Virus record (IMG/VR): IMGVR_UViG_3300004806_000019
Location: 1 to 64,000 of that record
Length of the DNA stretch: 64,000 bases
Reading direction: 5' to 3' (one strand)
Origin: a virus
Made by a program: the position numbers and the translations under genes
Shown here: positions 56,422 through 64,000 of the stretch, in pieces
Layout: each line of letters begins with the position of its first letter
How positions within the stretch are numbered: position 1 is the first letter of the stretch
The notes under the pieces: model-generated
What the model was told of the DNA's origin: nothing
Seen by the model: only the letters and a program-made list of their open reading frames with translations
Databases searched by the model: none

Positions 56422-56991
56422 ATGGGTTTGTGGGTTCAGGTTCAAAACAACCAAGTGACGGCTTGCATCGACACGCCTCCGGTCACGACGAACGATCCGA
56501 ATTGGAAACCGGCTATTGAGATCAAGCCAGCTTTGAAGCCCTATGTTGAGTATTACGGGCAGGCTGTTTTTGATACGACGCAGAACCCGGTTACGATCAC
56601 CTATCCGGTTCTTGAGTGGGATTCAACGACGGCTGCAAGGAATGAGGCTGACGCGAAAGCACAGGAAGCGAAGCAGGCTTATGCGTCTGCTATTGCGAAT
56701 GGTCTGATTATTACGTCTGCTTCGACGCCTGCGATCAATGGGACTTACGCTCTTGAAGATAGCGATATTGCTAACCTCAATGCAGAGGCAAGCTTCATCA
56801 GCAATTTCCAAGAGTTCACGACGATGAACACGAACGCCCTGCCGTGGATCACCATGACGGGCGTTGTGACCTTCCCGTCCCTGCCGTCGTTCATGTCGGT
56901 TGCTAAGGCTGTGGCTCAGTACGTCTCTGCCTGCAAGCTGGCGGCGAATGGCATTGGGACGTTCCCGGCTAACACGGTACAAGTGCCGTGA
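56422..56991 (+). CDS. tail fibre assembly/chaperone-like protein (DUF4376-like)
   Basis: N-terminal W.PA.E..P motif, then P.INGTYA and helical C-terminus; follows the fibre module. Confidence 0.55.
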   Translation: MGLWVQVQNNQVTACIDTPPVTTNDPNWKPAIEIKPALKPYVEYYGQAVFDTTQNPVTITYPVLEWDSTTAARNEADAKAQEAKQAYASAIANGLIITSASTPAINGTYALEDSDIANLNAEASFISNFQEFTTMNTNALPWITMTGVVTFPSLPSFMSVAKAVAQYVSACKLAANGIGTFPANTVQVP

Positions 56992-56999
56992 TAGAAAGG

Positions 57000-57140
57000 A
57001 TGCGAAAGAGGCTTGGCCTTCTGTTTGAGGAGCATAAGAAGCTGGAGGAAGAAATCCAGCTTCTCCTTGAACAGATAAAAGCTCTGGAGCATGAAGAGTA
57101 TTCCCGTCGTCATCAGCTTGATGAACTCTGCCCGGACTGA
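57000..57140 (+). CDS. small coiled-coil protein (not in ORF track)
   Basis: 46 aa MRKRLGLLFEEHKKLEEEIQLL...; fills the gap. Confidence 0.5.
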   Translation: MRKRLGLLFEEHKKLEEEIQLLLEQIKALEHEEYSRRHQLDELCPD

Positions 57141-57145
57141 AGATT

Positions 57146-58738
57146 ATGAAGCTTGGAAAACTGCCTGCCGTTGTTGATCCGAAAGTCCCGGTATTTTCCA
57201 GAGCTTGCACTCCTCCTGTCCCTCCGGTAACGGCTGATTGGTGTTCAAAGGTCGCAGACTGGCCTTTGGATAAGAATGACACGGTGGGGGACTGCACGAT
57301 TGCGGCGGCTCAACACTTGATCCAGGCATGGACGACTTATGCCGGGAACCCGGTGATAGTGTCTGAGGCTGACGTGTTAGCAGCGTATTCTGCGATCTCT
57401 GGATATAACGGGACGCCTGCGACGGACGTTGGGTGTGTTGAGTTATCGGTTCTGAAATATTGGCAGGCGACGGGGATTGGGGGCCATAAGATTAACTCGT
57501 TTGCGGCTCTTAACATTGCCAACCTGAATGAGATCAAGGCTGCGATTAATTGGTTCGGGGGAATTTATATCGGGGTGAGGTTGCCGATTTCGGCACAGAC
57601 GCAACCGGCTGTCTGGGATGTCGTTCCGGGTTCAACGGGGATACCTGGATCGTGGGGAGGACATGCTGTTTGTGTCCAGTCTTATGATGCGACAGGCATA
57701 ACCGTCATCTCGTGGGGCAAGACGATCAAGATGACGTGGGCTTTCTGGCTGGCCTATGTTGACGAGGCGTATGCGGTTGTTTCGACGGATTTCTTGAATG
57801 CACAGGGTGTTGATCCGCAAGGGTTGACGCTGGCTAACCTCATCGCTGACGAGGCTCTCCTTGCTGCTAACGTGTCAGGACCGAGTGATGCCCTGGTGAC
57901 GTTTATCAATGCGGCGACTGCGCCTTCAAGTGGCGTGGGTGCTTTATTGGCTCCTAACCTTCTTCTGACTGCCGCGCCTGAGATGGCTCTTGGCGGGATT
58001 AACTTCCCTATCTTGGCGGGTGGGACTCAGGTTGATGGCGTGACGGCGGTTCAGGCTGGGACGAGGTATGCGCTTGGGTTGCTGTCCACTCCCTATATGT
58101 GCAGCGGATATCTTGGGTACATGTCAGGATGGAGCGGCGGTCAGGCGACGATAGCTTATGGGAACAACCAGTTTGCGAGTCAGGTGTTTGCGCCTGACTT
58201 TACGACGACGGTTCTTGCTAATAGCGCGGGTGGTCTGGTGATCGTTGGTACGTCTATAGTTGGCGTGATGATCACGACAAGTTCGGCTTATATCTTTAGC
58301 TCTGCCGACATTGACCAGATAGAGAGTTTCATCACGACCCTGACGGGGGCGGCTCCTGCGATAGTCAGGTTATATGGCGGGATCTTAGGGCGTTACCCGA
58401 CGATAGCTGAGAACCAGTGGTACACGAAGAACCTGTATCTTCCTGCCTATAACGCGTCACCAGGATCTGCGTTGCATGTGCTGGGAAACAATCTTGGTAT
58501 TCTTTACTGCTTTACGCACTCGCCAGAGTTCATGGGTGGGAGTAGTGGTTATGGCAAAGACCCAGTAGCCTATGTGACATATTTGTACCAGAATGCCTTG
58601 GGGCGCTCTCCTTCTACTAGTGAGCTTACTTGGTATGTGGCACAATTAAAAAGCCGTGATCTCTGGGATGTTGTCGCACTGAACATCACTCAGAGCGATG
58701 AGGCCAGAGCTTACAACGGTGTTTGGAATCAGCAATAA
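57146..58738 (+). CDS. papain-like cysteine peptidase with C-terminal DUF4214-like domain
   Basis: NDTVGDCTIA (Cys), WGGHAV...YD (His), VISWG; C-terminal RLYGGILGR.P, SPEF, YVTYLYQNALGRSP...L.WY. Confidence 0.75.
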   Translation: MKLGKLPAVVDPKVPVFSRACTPPVPPVTADWCSKVADWPLDKNDTVGDCTIAAAQHLIQAWTTYAGNPVIVSEADVLAAYSAISGYNGTPATDVGCVELSVLKYWQATGIGGHKINSFAALNIANLNEIKAAINWFGGIYIGVRLPISAQTQPAVWDVVPGSTGIPGSWGGHAVCVQSYDATGITVISWGKTIKMTWAFWLAYVDEAYAVVSTDFLNAQGVDPQGLTLANLIADEALLAANVSGPSDALVTFINAATAPSSGVGALLAPNLLLTAAPEMALGGINFPILAGGTQVDGVTAVQAGTRYALGLLSTPYMCSGYLGYMSGWSGGQATIAYGNNQFASQVFAPDFTTTVLANSAGGLVIVGTSIVGVMITTSSAYIFSSADIDQIESFITTLTGAAPAIVRLYGGILGRYPTIAENQWYTKNLYLPAYNASPGSALHVLGNNLGILYCFTHSPEFMGGSSGYGKDPVAYVTYLYQNALGRSPSTSELTWYVAQLKSRDLWDVVALNITQSDEARAYNGVWNQQ

Positions 58739-58742
58739 TGCC

Positions 58743-59225
58743 ATGGCAGATCCCGTATCCATTGATGTTGATCTCTTAGCCAAACAGATTGGTGGTTGGG
58801 CTGGGGCGATATTGGCGATGAGTGGTGCCTTGTATGGCATCCTCCGTATGCGGAATAATGACAAGCGGTCTGATGAGAAGAACTTTGAGATTGATCTGTT
58901 TTATCGGGGGATAACAGATCGGATTAAGGAGTTAGAGCGTCGGATTGATGAGGGGAACACCAAATACGCGGAGCTATTGAAGAGTGCGGCTGAAGAGAGG
59001 ATTCTGGCTCTTCAGGATAAAGTGAACCTAAGTAACAAGCTTCAAGTTATGACGGATGAGATTGATGAGCTTCGCATGAGCAATGCGATGCTGAGAAGTG
59101 AGGTTGAAGAGCTAAAAAAACAGGAGGTCGCCTTATTAGCTGAGAACGCTACATTGAAGGGGAAGACTCCAGGACGCAGGGCTGCTGATCCTCCTGCTGA
59201 AGAATGGTATATAACAGGGGGATGA
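58743..59225 (+). CDS. membrane-anchored coiled-coil protein (holin/lysis-accessory candidate)
   Basis: One N-terminal TM segment then a long coiled coil. Confidence 0.6.
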   Translation: MADPVSIDVDLLAKQIGGWAGAILAMSGALYGILRMRNNDKRSDEKNFEIDLFYRGITDRIKELERRIDEGNTKYAELLKSAAEERILALQDKVNLSNKLQVMTDEIDELRMSNAMLRSEVEELKKQEVALLAENATLKGKTPGRRAADPPAEEWYITGG

Positions 59226-59226
59226 C

Positions 59227-59589
59227 ATGAGCATGATCAATTTAATCCCCTGGCAGCATGGAGTTCTATGGACATTAACGTTGTTCTGCCTCTTTGTTCA
59301 TTCACAGGTTGTAATTGTTGGGGCGATTATTGCGTATAAGGCAATAGAGAATAAGGCCGCACGAGCAGCCAGAGATACAATTTATATATCTTGTCTCTCT
59401 TTGTTATTTGTTGCATTGCAAGCAGACTGGATTATCGAGGGGTATACTGTTACAAAGATAAAGGCTATTTCCGATATCGGGTGGCGTCTTTTCGATTGTG
59501 GTGTCGGTGTTGCTTTATTGAGGCATATGAATGTCAGACGATGCTTCGCATGTGCATACTGGGGGAAAGGACGCTCGAATGACTGTTAA
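59227..59589 (+). CDS. small multi-pass membrane protein (holin candidate)
   Basis: Two to three hydrophobic segments and a basic C-terminus. Confidence 0.55.
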   Translation: MSMINLIPWQHGVLWTLTLFCLFVHSQVVIVGAIIAYKAIENKAARAARDTIYISCLSLLFVALQADWIIEGYTVTKIKAISDIGWRLFDCGVGVALLRHMNVRRCFACAYWGKGRSNDC

Positions 59590-60286
59590 AGCTGTCGTTG
59601 CTGCTGTCTTTGTCTCGATTGGTCTTGGTTCTTTTATTGTCTGGCTTGATGTCATACGACCTATGAGACTAGTTACACAGATTCACCCTCCTTATCAGAC
59701 GCTGAGTGGAAACCGTGTTGGAGGCTCTCTTACTGAGATTGTGCTTTGTGCCGCAACGAAGGTCGGCCATCCATTCACATTAGAATGGGGTCCGTGGGCT
59801 GAGATGCAGGATAGAGTTTATAACAGTAAAGCAGACGCTTTCTTTGGGGCATTCAGGACAACGTGGCGGGACAGTTTTGCGACGGCCTCAAACCCTATTC
59901 TTCCTGCGCGGATCGTGAAGATCGTTGCTAATCACCTCCCTCATTACCCTCCTATCATTGGCGTCAAGATGGGTGCGGGAGTAAGTTCTCAAGCGATAAC
60001 ATCTGGGGCTGTTGCGATACGCCACGAGTTCATGGACAATTATGAGATCGTTGATGCTTTGCTTGATGATACGATTGATTTTGCATTCTTGGATATCGTG
60101 ATCTTAAATGAGATCCTGATGGAGAAGAGGCTTCCCCTGGACACCTTTAAGACAAGCTACATATACGATGAAAGCTATTCGGTGTATTTTTCCAATAAGT
60201 TTCTGGAAACCCATCCAGGGTTTTTGAGTTCATTTAATAAATCTTTGATAGAATGTAATCCTGCGTCTCAGGAGAGAGTTAAATGA
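59579..60286 (+). CDS. periplasmic substrate-binding (PBPb/SBP_bac_3-like) domain protein
   Basis: N-terminal TM, HPPYQ, PW.......KADA.F...T..R, IGV..G, L.D..ID, F...FNK.L. Confidence 0.7.
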   Translation: MTVKAVVAAVFVSIGLGSFIVWLDVIRPMRLVTQIHPPYQTLSGNRVGGSLTEIVLCAATKVGHPFTLEWGPWAEMQDRVYNSKADAFFGAFRTTWRDSFATASNPILPARIVKIVANHLPHYPPIIGVKMGAGVSSQAITSGAVAIRHEFMDNYEIVDALLDDTIDFAFLDIVILNEILMEKRLPLDTFKTSYIYDESYSVYFSNKFLETHPGFLSSFNKSLIECNPASQERVK

Positions 60287-60299
60287 ATGGTATTGTGAA

Positions 60300-61874
60300 G
60301 TGACAGCCATACCTATCGATATAAGCTTTGCTCCTGGTGTATCCAGAGACACCACATTATTTGATACGCAAACTGCGCTTGATGTGTTGTGGTGCAGATT
60401 CCGTAATGGTCGCCCTCGTAAGATGGGTGGATATCAACGTATTACGGATAATCTTTCAGGCGTCCCTAGGCGCATCCATATTTTCTATCAAGGTTCTCAG
60501 GCAATCATTCACATCGGAACGACAGCGGGGTTGCAGCAGGTCGTTATCGATTACAATGGTAACTTCATAAGTTCTGCGGATAGAACCCCTGTATCAGGGT
60601 TTACGCCTAGCGCGAATATCGGGTGGACCTTAGACTCGATCTTCGATACCAATACTGGCGTCGTGAACCTTATAGCTCACGCTACCGCTGATTCAAACGC
60701 TCCGTATAATCTGACCCAGACCGTTCCATTTATCGGGCAGATTACGCTGACTACTGTTCTGGTGAAGTTTTCAGATCCGGGGTCTTACGGTGGTGGGGCG
60801 TGGACTCAGCCTGATGTTGCTGGGGGTATCGTTTGTGTTCAGCCTTATGTCTTTGATTATGATGCTGCGGGATTGGTTGGGTGGAGCGCCCCAAACATCC
60901 CTCTCTATTTAGGGATAACCGGGGGAAGTTCTGGTGCTGGTCAAGCAAGGATTTCTTCTCAGAAGATTATGGCTGGCGCTCCTTTGCGAGGGGGTGGTGT
61001 TCAACAGCCATCGGTATTGTTCTGGAGTTTGTCCGAAGTTATAACCGGGACATTCGTTGGAAGTAATGCGGGTTATTTCGCTTTCTCCACGATTTCAAAC
61101 TCATCATCGATCATCTCGACAAAGGCCAATATTGAATATGACGGACTGCATTACTGGTGCGGGATCGACAGGTTTCTGGTTTACAACGGAACCGCTCAAG
61201 AAGTGGCAAATCCTCATAACCAGGATTGGTTTTTCAATAATCTCAATTGGACTTATGCGGGTAAAGTCCAGGCTTTTAAAGTTCCTCGTTATGGAGAGAT
61301 CTGGTGGTTAGCTCCGTTATTCGGGGCGACTGAATGCTCTCATGCGATTATCTACAATGTAAGAGAGGGAACTTGGTATGACACCGAGCTTCCCGATGGG
61401 GGGCGTTCCTGTGGTGCTTTTGCCCAAGGATTAAGATATCCGATTATGGGTGGCACGGCTCAGAACGCAAATGGATATAAGTTATGGCTGCATGAATCCG
61501 GTACGGATGAGGTCGATGGTAATGTGACTAATCCTGTACGGTCTTACTTTGAAACGCCATATATGGGTGGACCTAGGCAGCAACAACCAAACGATAAGGG
61601 GTTGTCTTATCAGCAGTTAGAGCCTGATTTCATCCAAACTGGAGATATGACGGTTTCTATTGTTGGTACGGCGAATGCCAGAAGCCCTGTGTCGAATGGA
61701 ACGGCTGTTCCTTTGAAGGCTGTCCCCGGAGTACCACAAGAGCAATTGGTTTCGTTTAAAGAAGGACATCGGTTAGGAAGCCTTCATATTGAATCAAATG
61801 TGTTAGGTGGGAGCTACATCTGTGGGAAAAACCTCCTTCATGTAGAGCCAGCGGAAGCAAGGATTGTATCGTGA
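60300..61874 (+). CDS. tail nozzle/DNA stabilisation protein (P22 gp10/T7 gp12-like)
   Basis: PGV.RD.T, RFRNGRPRKMGG, YW.G.DRF..YNG, PRYGEIWW, IIYNVRE..WYD, SYFET, EPDF.Q.G. Confidence 0.75.
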   Translation: MTAIPIDISFAPGVSRDTTLFDTQTALDVLWCRFRNGRPRKMGGYQRITDNLSGVPRRIHIFYQGSQAIIHIGTTAGLQQVVIDYNGNFISSADRTPVSGFTPSANIGWTLDSIFDTNTGVVNLIAHATADSNAPYNLTQTVPFIGQITLTTVLVKFSDPGSYGGGAWTQPDVAGGIVCVQPYVFDYDAAGLVGWSAPNIPLYLGITGGSSGAGQARISSQKIMAGAPLRGGGVQQPSVLFWSLSEVITGTFVGSNAGYFAFSTISNSSSIISTKANIEYDGLHYWCGIDRFLVYNGTAQEVANPHNQDWFFNNLNWTYAGKVQAFKVPRYGEIWWLAPLFGATECSHAIIYNVREGTWYDTELPDGGRSCGAFAQGLRYPIMGGTAQNANGYKLWLHESGTDEVDGNVTNPVRSYFETPYMGGPRQQQPNDKGLSYQQLEPDFIQTGDMTVSIVGTANARSPVSNGTAVPLKAVPGVPQEQLVSFKEGHRLGSLHIESNVLGGSYICGKNLLHVEPAEARIVS

Positions 61875-62107
61875 TTGATCCTAGAGGAATGACGTTTCAA
61901 TCATGGGCTTGTCAGACAGTTCCTAGGTTTATGCAATATGGTTTCATCCCCACTCCACAAGGGGAAAAAAACTGGAAGCAATGGGCGAGTTACATTGTTG
62001 GGTTGTCTCAACTTTCTGCGATAAATCCTCCTCGACCAGAAAGTTATAAAGAGTGGAGAGATTGGGCTGTGAGATTTAACGGGTCAGTCGTAGCTCTTGG
62101 ACTTTAA
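61871..62107 (+). CDS. small Trp-rich tail-region protein
   Basis: IDPRGM.F..WA...W.QWA...P.P..Y..W.DWA..F. Confidence 0.75.
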   Translation: MIDPRGMTFQSWACQTVPRFMQYGFIPTPQGEKNWKQWASYIVGLSQLSAINPPRPESYKEWRDWAVRFNGSVVALGL

Positions 62108-62155
62108 GAGAGTTTTTGGGTATTATCCGAAAGTTATGCTTGGAAGGCGCGGCAT

Positions 62156-64000
62156 ATGCAGTCCACCGATTTTCAGAACTTGACACAACCATCCATGGAT
62201 ATGGTGGATTTGGTTCGTCATGCTTATGAGAAAGGTGGGAAAGCAGAGAGGGAATCGCAGAAGGAAAAAGGCAAGAAGAGTGGCGTGACGATTGCGATTG
62301 TCCTTCCTCAGATGCCTCATCCTGCTGTGCTTGGTGCGTTATCCCAGCCGTTGCTAGAGCAACATATGGCGGAGCAACAAGGCCAGGAACAACCGAAGCA
62401 GATGGCCAAGGGCGGAGGGGTCCGTAAGCACTTTGCCAGCGGTGGTGCAAACGATCCGACATCTGCCACTAACCTTGCCGGGGATGCCATAACAGGTGGG
62501 ATGGCTGTATATAGTGGATCAACAGGTGCCGGTGCTGGTTTAGGTAATTGGATTGATACAAGCCAACTTGGTCAATCCGTTGGTTTAGGGACATCAACCG
62601 CTCCATCTGCTGATGCCATTGCTTCTGCCGCAGCAGCCCCAAATGCTGATATTGGTCCTTCATTAGCAGATGCAACATTGCCATCGGTTCCAACGGAAAC
62701 TGGAGCGGCTCTATCTTCAGCCATGGCTGATGCCGGTTGGGGTGGGATTGGAACTGTCATTGGAAATGTTGCCGGTCTTCCTTCTAATCAAAACCCTCTT
62801 GTAAATGCAGGAATGAATATTGCCGGGTCATTGGGTGGCGCGGCATTAGGTTCGGCTGCTGGTGGGGCTTTGGGAGGAACAATTGCGGGGATGGAGGCAG
62901 GGAGTGTTCTTGGCCCCATCGGAGCTATTGGCGGGGCTTTAATTGGAACACTTGCAGGGTCATTGTTCGGCCCTAATCCCTCTGTAGGTCCAGATGCCAA
63001 TACAACCATATCTGGTTGGGATTCAACCAATAACCAACCTACCTATGCTCAGGGCGCCGGAAATGGCGGAAGCTCTGCAATCTCAAATGCTTTGATGCAG
63101 CAAGCATATCAAAACGCAAACAATTATATCAGTAAATTAGGTGGGCAGATTACAAACACGGCTCCATTGTCTACGGGGTATTTCAAGGGGAAATACTTTG
63201 TATCAGACACAAATGCCGGTGGTAATGCTACATATACTGGAAATCAGTTTTCCGATCCAAATGCTGCTATTCAAGATCTTACTCAAAGGATCGTTGAGGC
63301 AAGCGTTATTAATGGTCTGACGCCAACTCAATTGGCTGGCATCGGAAATTATGCAACTCCGACATCGCCAAATTATTCAGGGGATTATACGTCAGGTCCA
63401 TTAAAGGGAGGCACAATAGATGCGTATAATCCAGCAACATATGCCAATGGAGTTCCGTCTATTGCGTCTTTAACGAATGGGGCAAATACCAGTGGTGGGA
63501 ACGGAAGTTCTGGTGGAACTGGGGGAACTGGGGCTGGTGCGACGGCTGCAAATCCAACGTTAGATCAGCAGATAACAAATGACTATTTAAGCACTCTAGG
63601 ACGCGCTCCATCATCGTCAGAGTTGTCTTATTATGAGTCTGATCCCAATTATGCGGCTCATATCGCTGCCTCACCGGAAGCATCTAGTTTAACGTCTAAT
63701 ATTCAAAAGACGTTTACAGCCGATACAGGGCGTCCAGCAGATGCTGCAACGTTGGCATATTACGCAGCGGATCCGAACTATGCCGCTCATATCGCCGCCG
63801 CTCCTGAATCTCAAAATTATACAGCGAATGCGACAACGATTAATAATGCAGCAAATACTGTCCTTGGACAGCCTGCCGATCCGGCAACAGTAGCGGCATT
63901 AAATACAGCCCTTAATAATGGTACATTAACGACTGCCGGTATTCCTGCTGCGTTAAAGGCAACCTCTCAATATACTAATAATGTCAATGCTGGAACGGTC
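62156..64000 (+). CDS. putative internal virion/DNA ejection protein, truncated by the window end (not in ORF track)
   Basis: Open for 615 codons from ATG 62156 (GGAAGG upstream); YEKGG, MAKGG, FASGG motifs; glycine zipper; DUF4214-like repeats near 63570-63980. Confidence 0.8.
   Translation, partial: MQSTDFQNLTQPSMDMVDLVRHAYEKGGKAERESQKEKGKKSGVTIAIVLPQMPHPAVLGALSQPLLEQHMAEQQGQEQPKQMAKGGGVRKHFASGGANDPTSATNLAGDAITGGMAVYSGSTGAGAGLGNWIDTSQLGQSVGLGTSTAPSADAIASAAAAPNADIGPSLADATLPSVPTETGAALSSAMADAGWGGIGTVIGNVAGLPSNQNPLVNAGMNIAGSLGGAALGSAAGGALGGTIAGMEAGSVLGPIGAIGGALIGTLAGSLFGPNPSVGPDANTTISGWDSTNNQPTYAQGAGNGGSSAISNALMQQAYQNANNYISKLGGQITNTAPLSTGYFKGKYFVSDTNAGGNATYTGNQFSDPNAAIQDLTQRIVEASVINGLTPTQLAGIGNYATPTSPNYSGDYTSGPLKGGTIDAYNPATYANGVPSIASLTNGANTSGGNGSSGGTGGTGAGATAANPTLDQQITNDYLSTLGRAPSSSELSYYESDPNYAAHIAASPEASSLTSNIQKTFTADTGRPADAATLAYYAADPNYAAHIAAAPESQNYTANATTINNAANTVLGQPADPATVAALNTALNNGTLTTAGIPAALKATSQYTNNVNAGTV

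Noticed and set aside
1-64000. tRNA genes, stop-codon reassignment, tape measure, tail tube or sheath genes
   Set aside because: No cloverleaf or T-loop motif was noticed; genes are intact under the standard code and use all three stops; no long-tail genes were recognised. tRNAscan-SE and HMM searches would be needed to exclude them formally.

Overview
The window is a 64 kb interior piece of a tailed dsDNA bacteriophage with a podovirus-like layout. It has portal, scaffold, major capsid, adaptor, nozzle and ejection-type genes, and I found no tail sheath, tail tube or tape-measure gene. The host is probably proteobacterial, possibly alphaproteobacterial (inference). Order left to right: (1) a leftward Red-like recombination operon (YqaJ exonuclease, annealing protein, NinB, DUF968, SAM methyltransferase); (2) a Cro-like regulator heading a rightward DNA modification and replication operon (VRR-NUC, MT-A70, radical SAM, PAPS-reductase family, helicase, primase); (3) a block of small leftward early-type genes; (4) terS, a non-coding hub carrying three FNR/FixK-type boxes and a strand-skew switch, terL and portal; (5) a leftward cassette with its own promoter (HTH, lipoprotein, exported protein, TPR-GT41, TPR-GT9-like); (6) the head and tail genes. 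No integrase, CI repressor, tRNA, CRISPR array or reverse transcriptase was recognised. Main candidates for new biology: a dispersed protein glycosylation and sulfation toolkit linked to a 3x7-blade RCC1 protein with shuffled blades; a recurring x-A-x-G-G motif shared by five virion-region proteins, alongside a papain-like protease that shares a DUF4214-like domain with the ejection protein; oxygen-regulator boxes in the packaging region; and two candidate structured small RNAs. All family assignments come from motif recognition by eye, not database searches.
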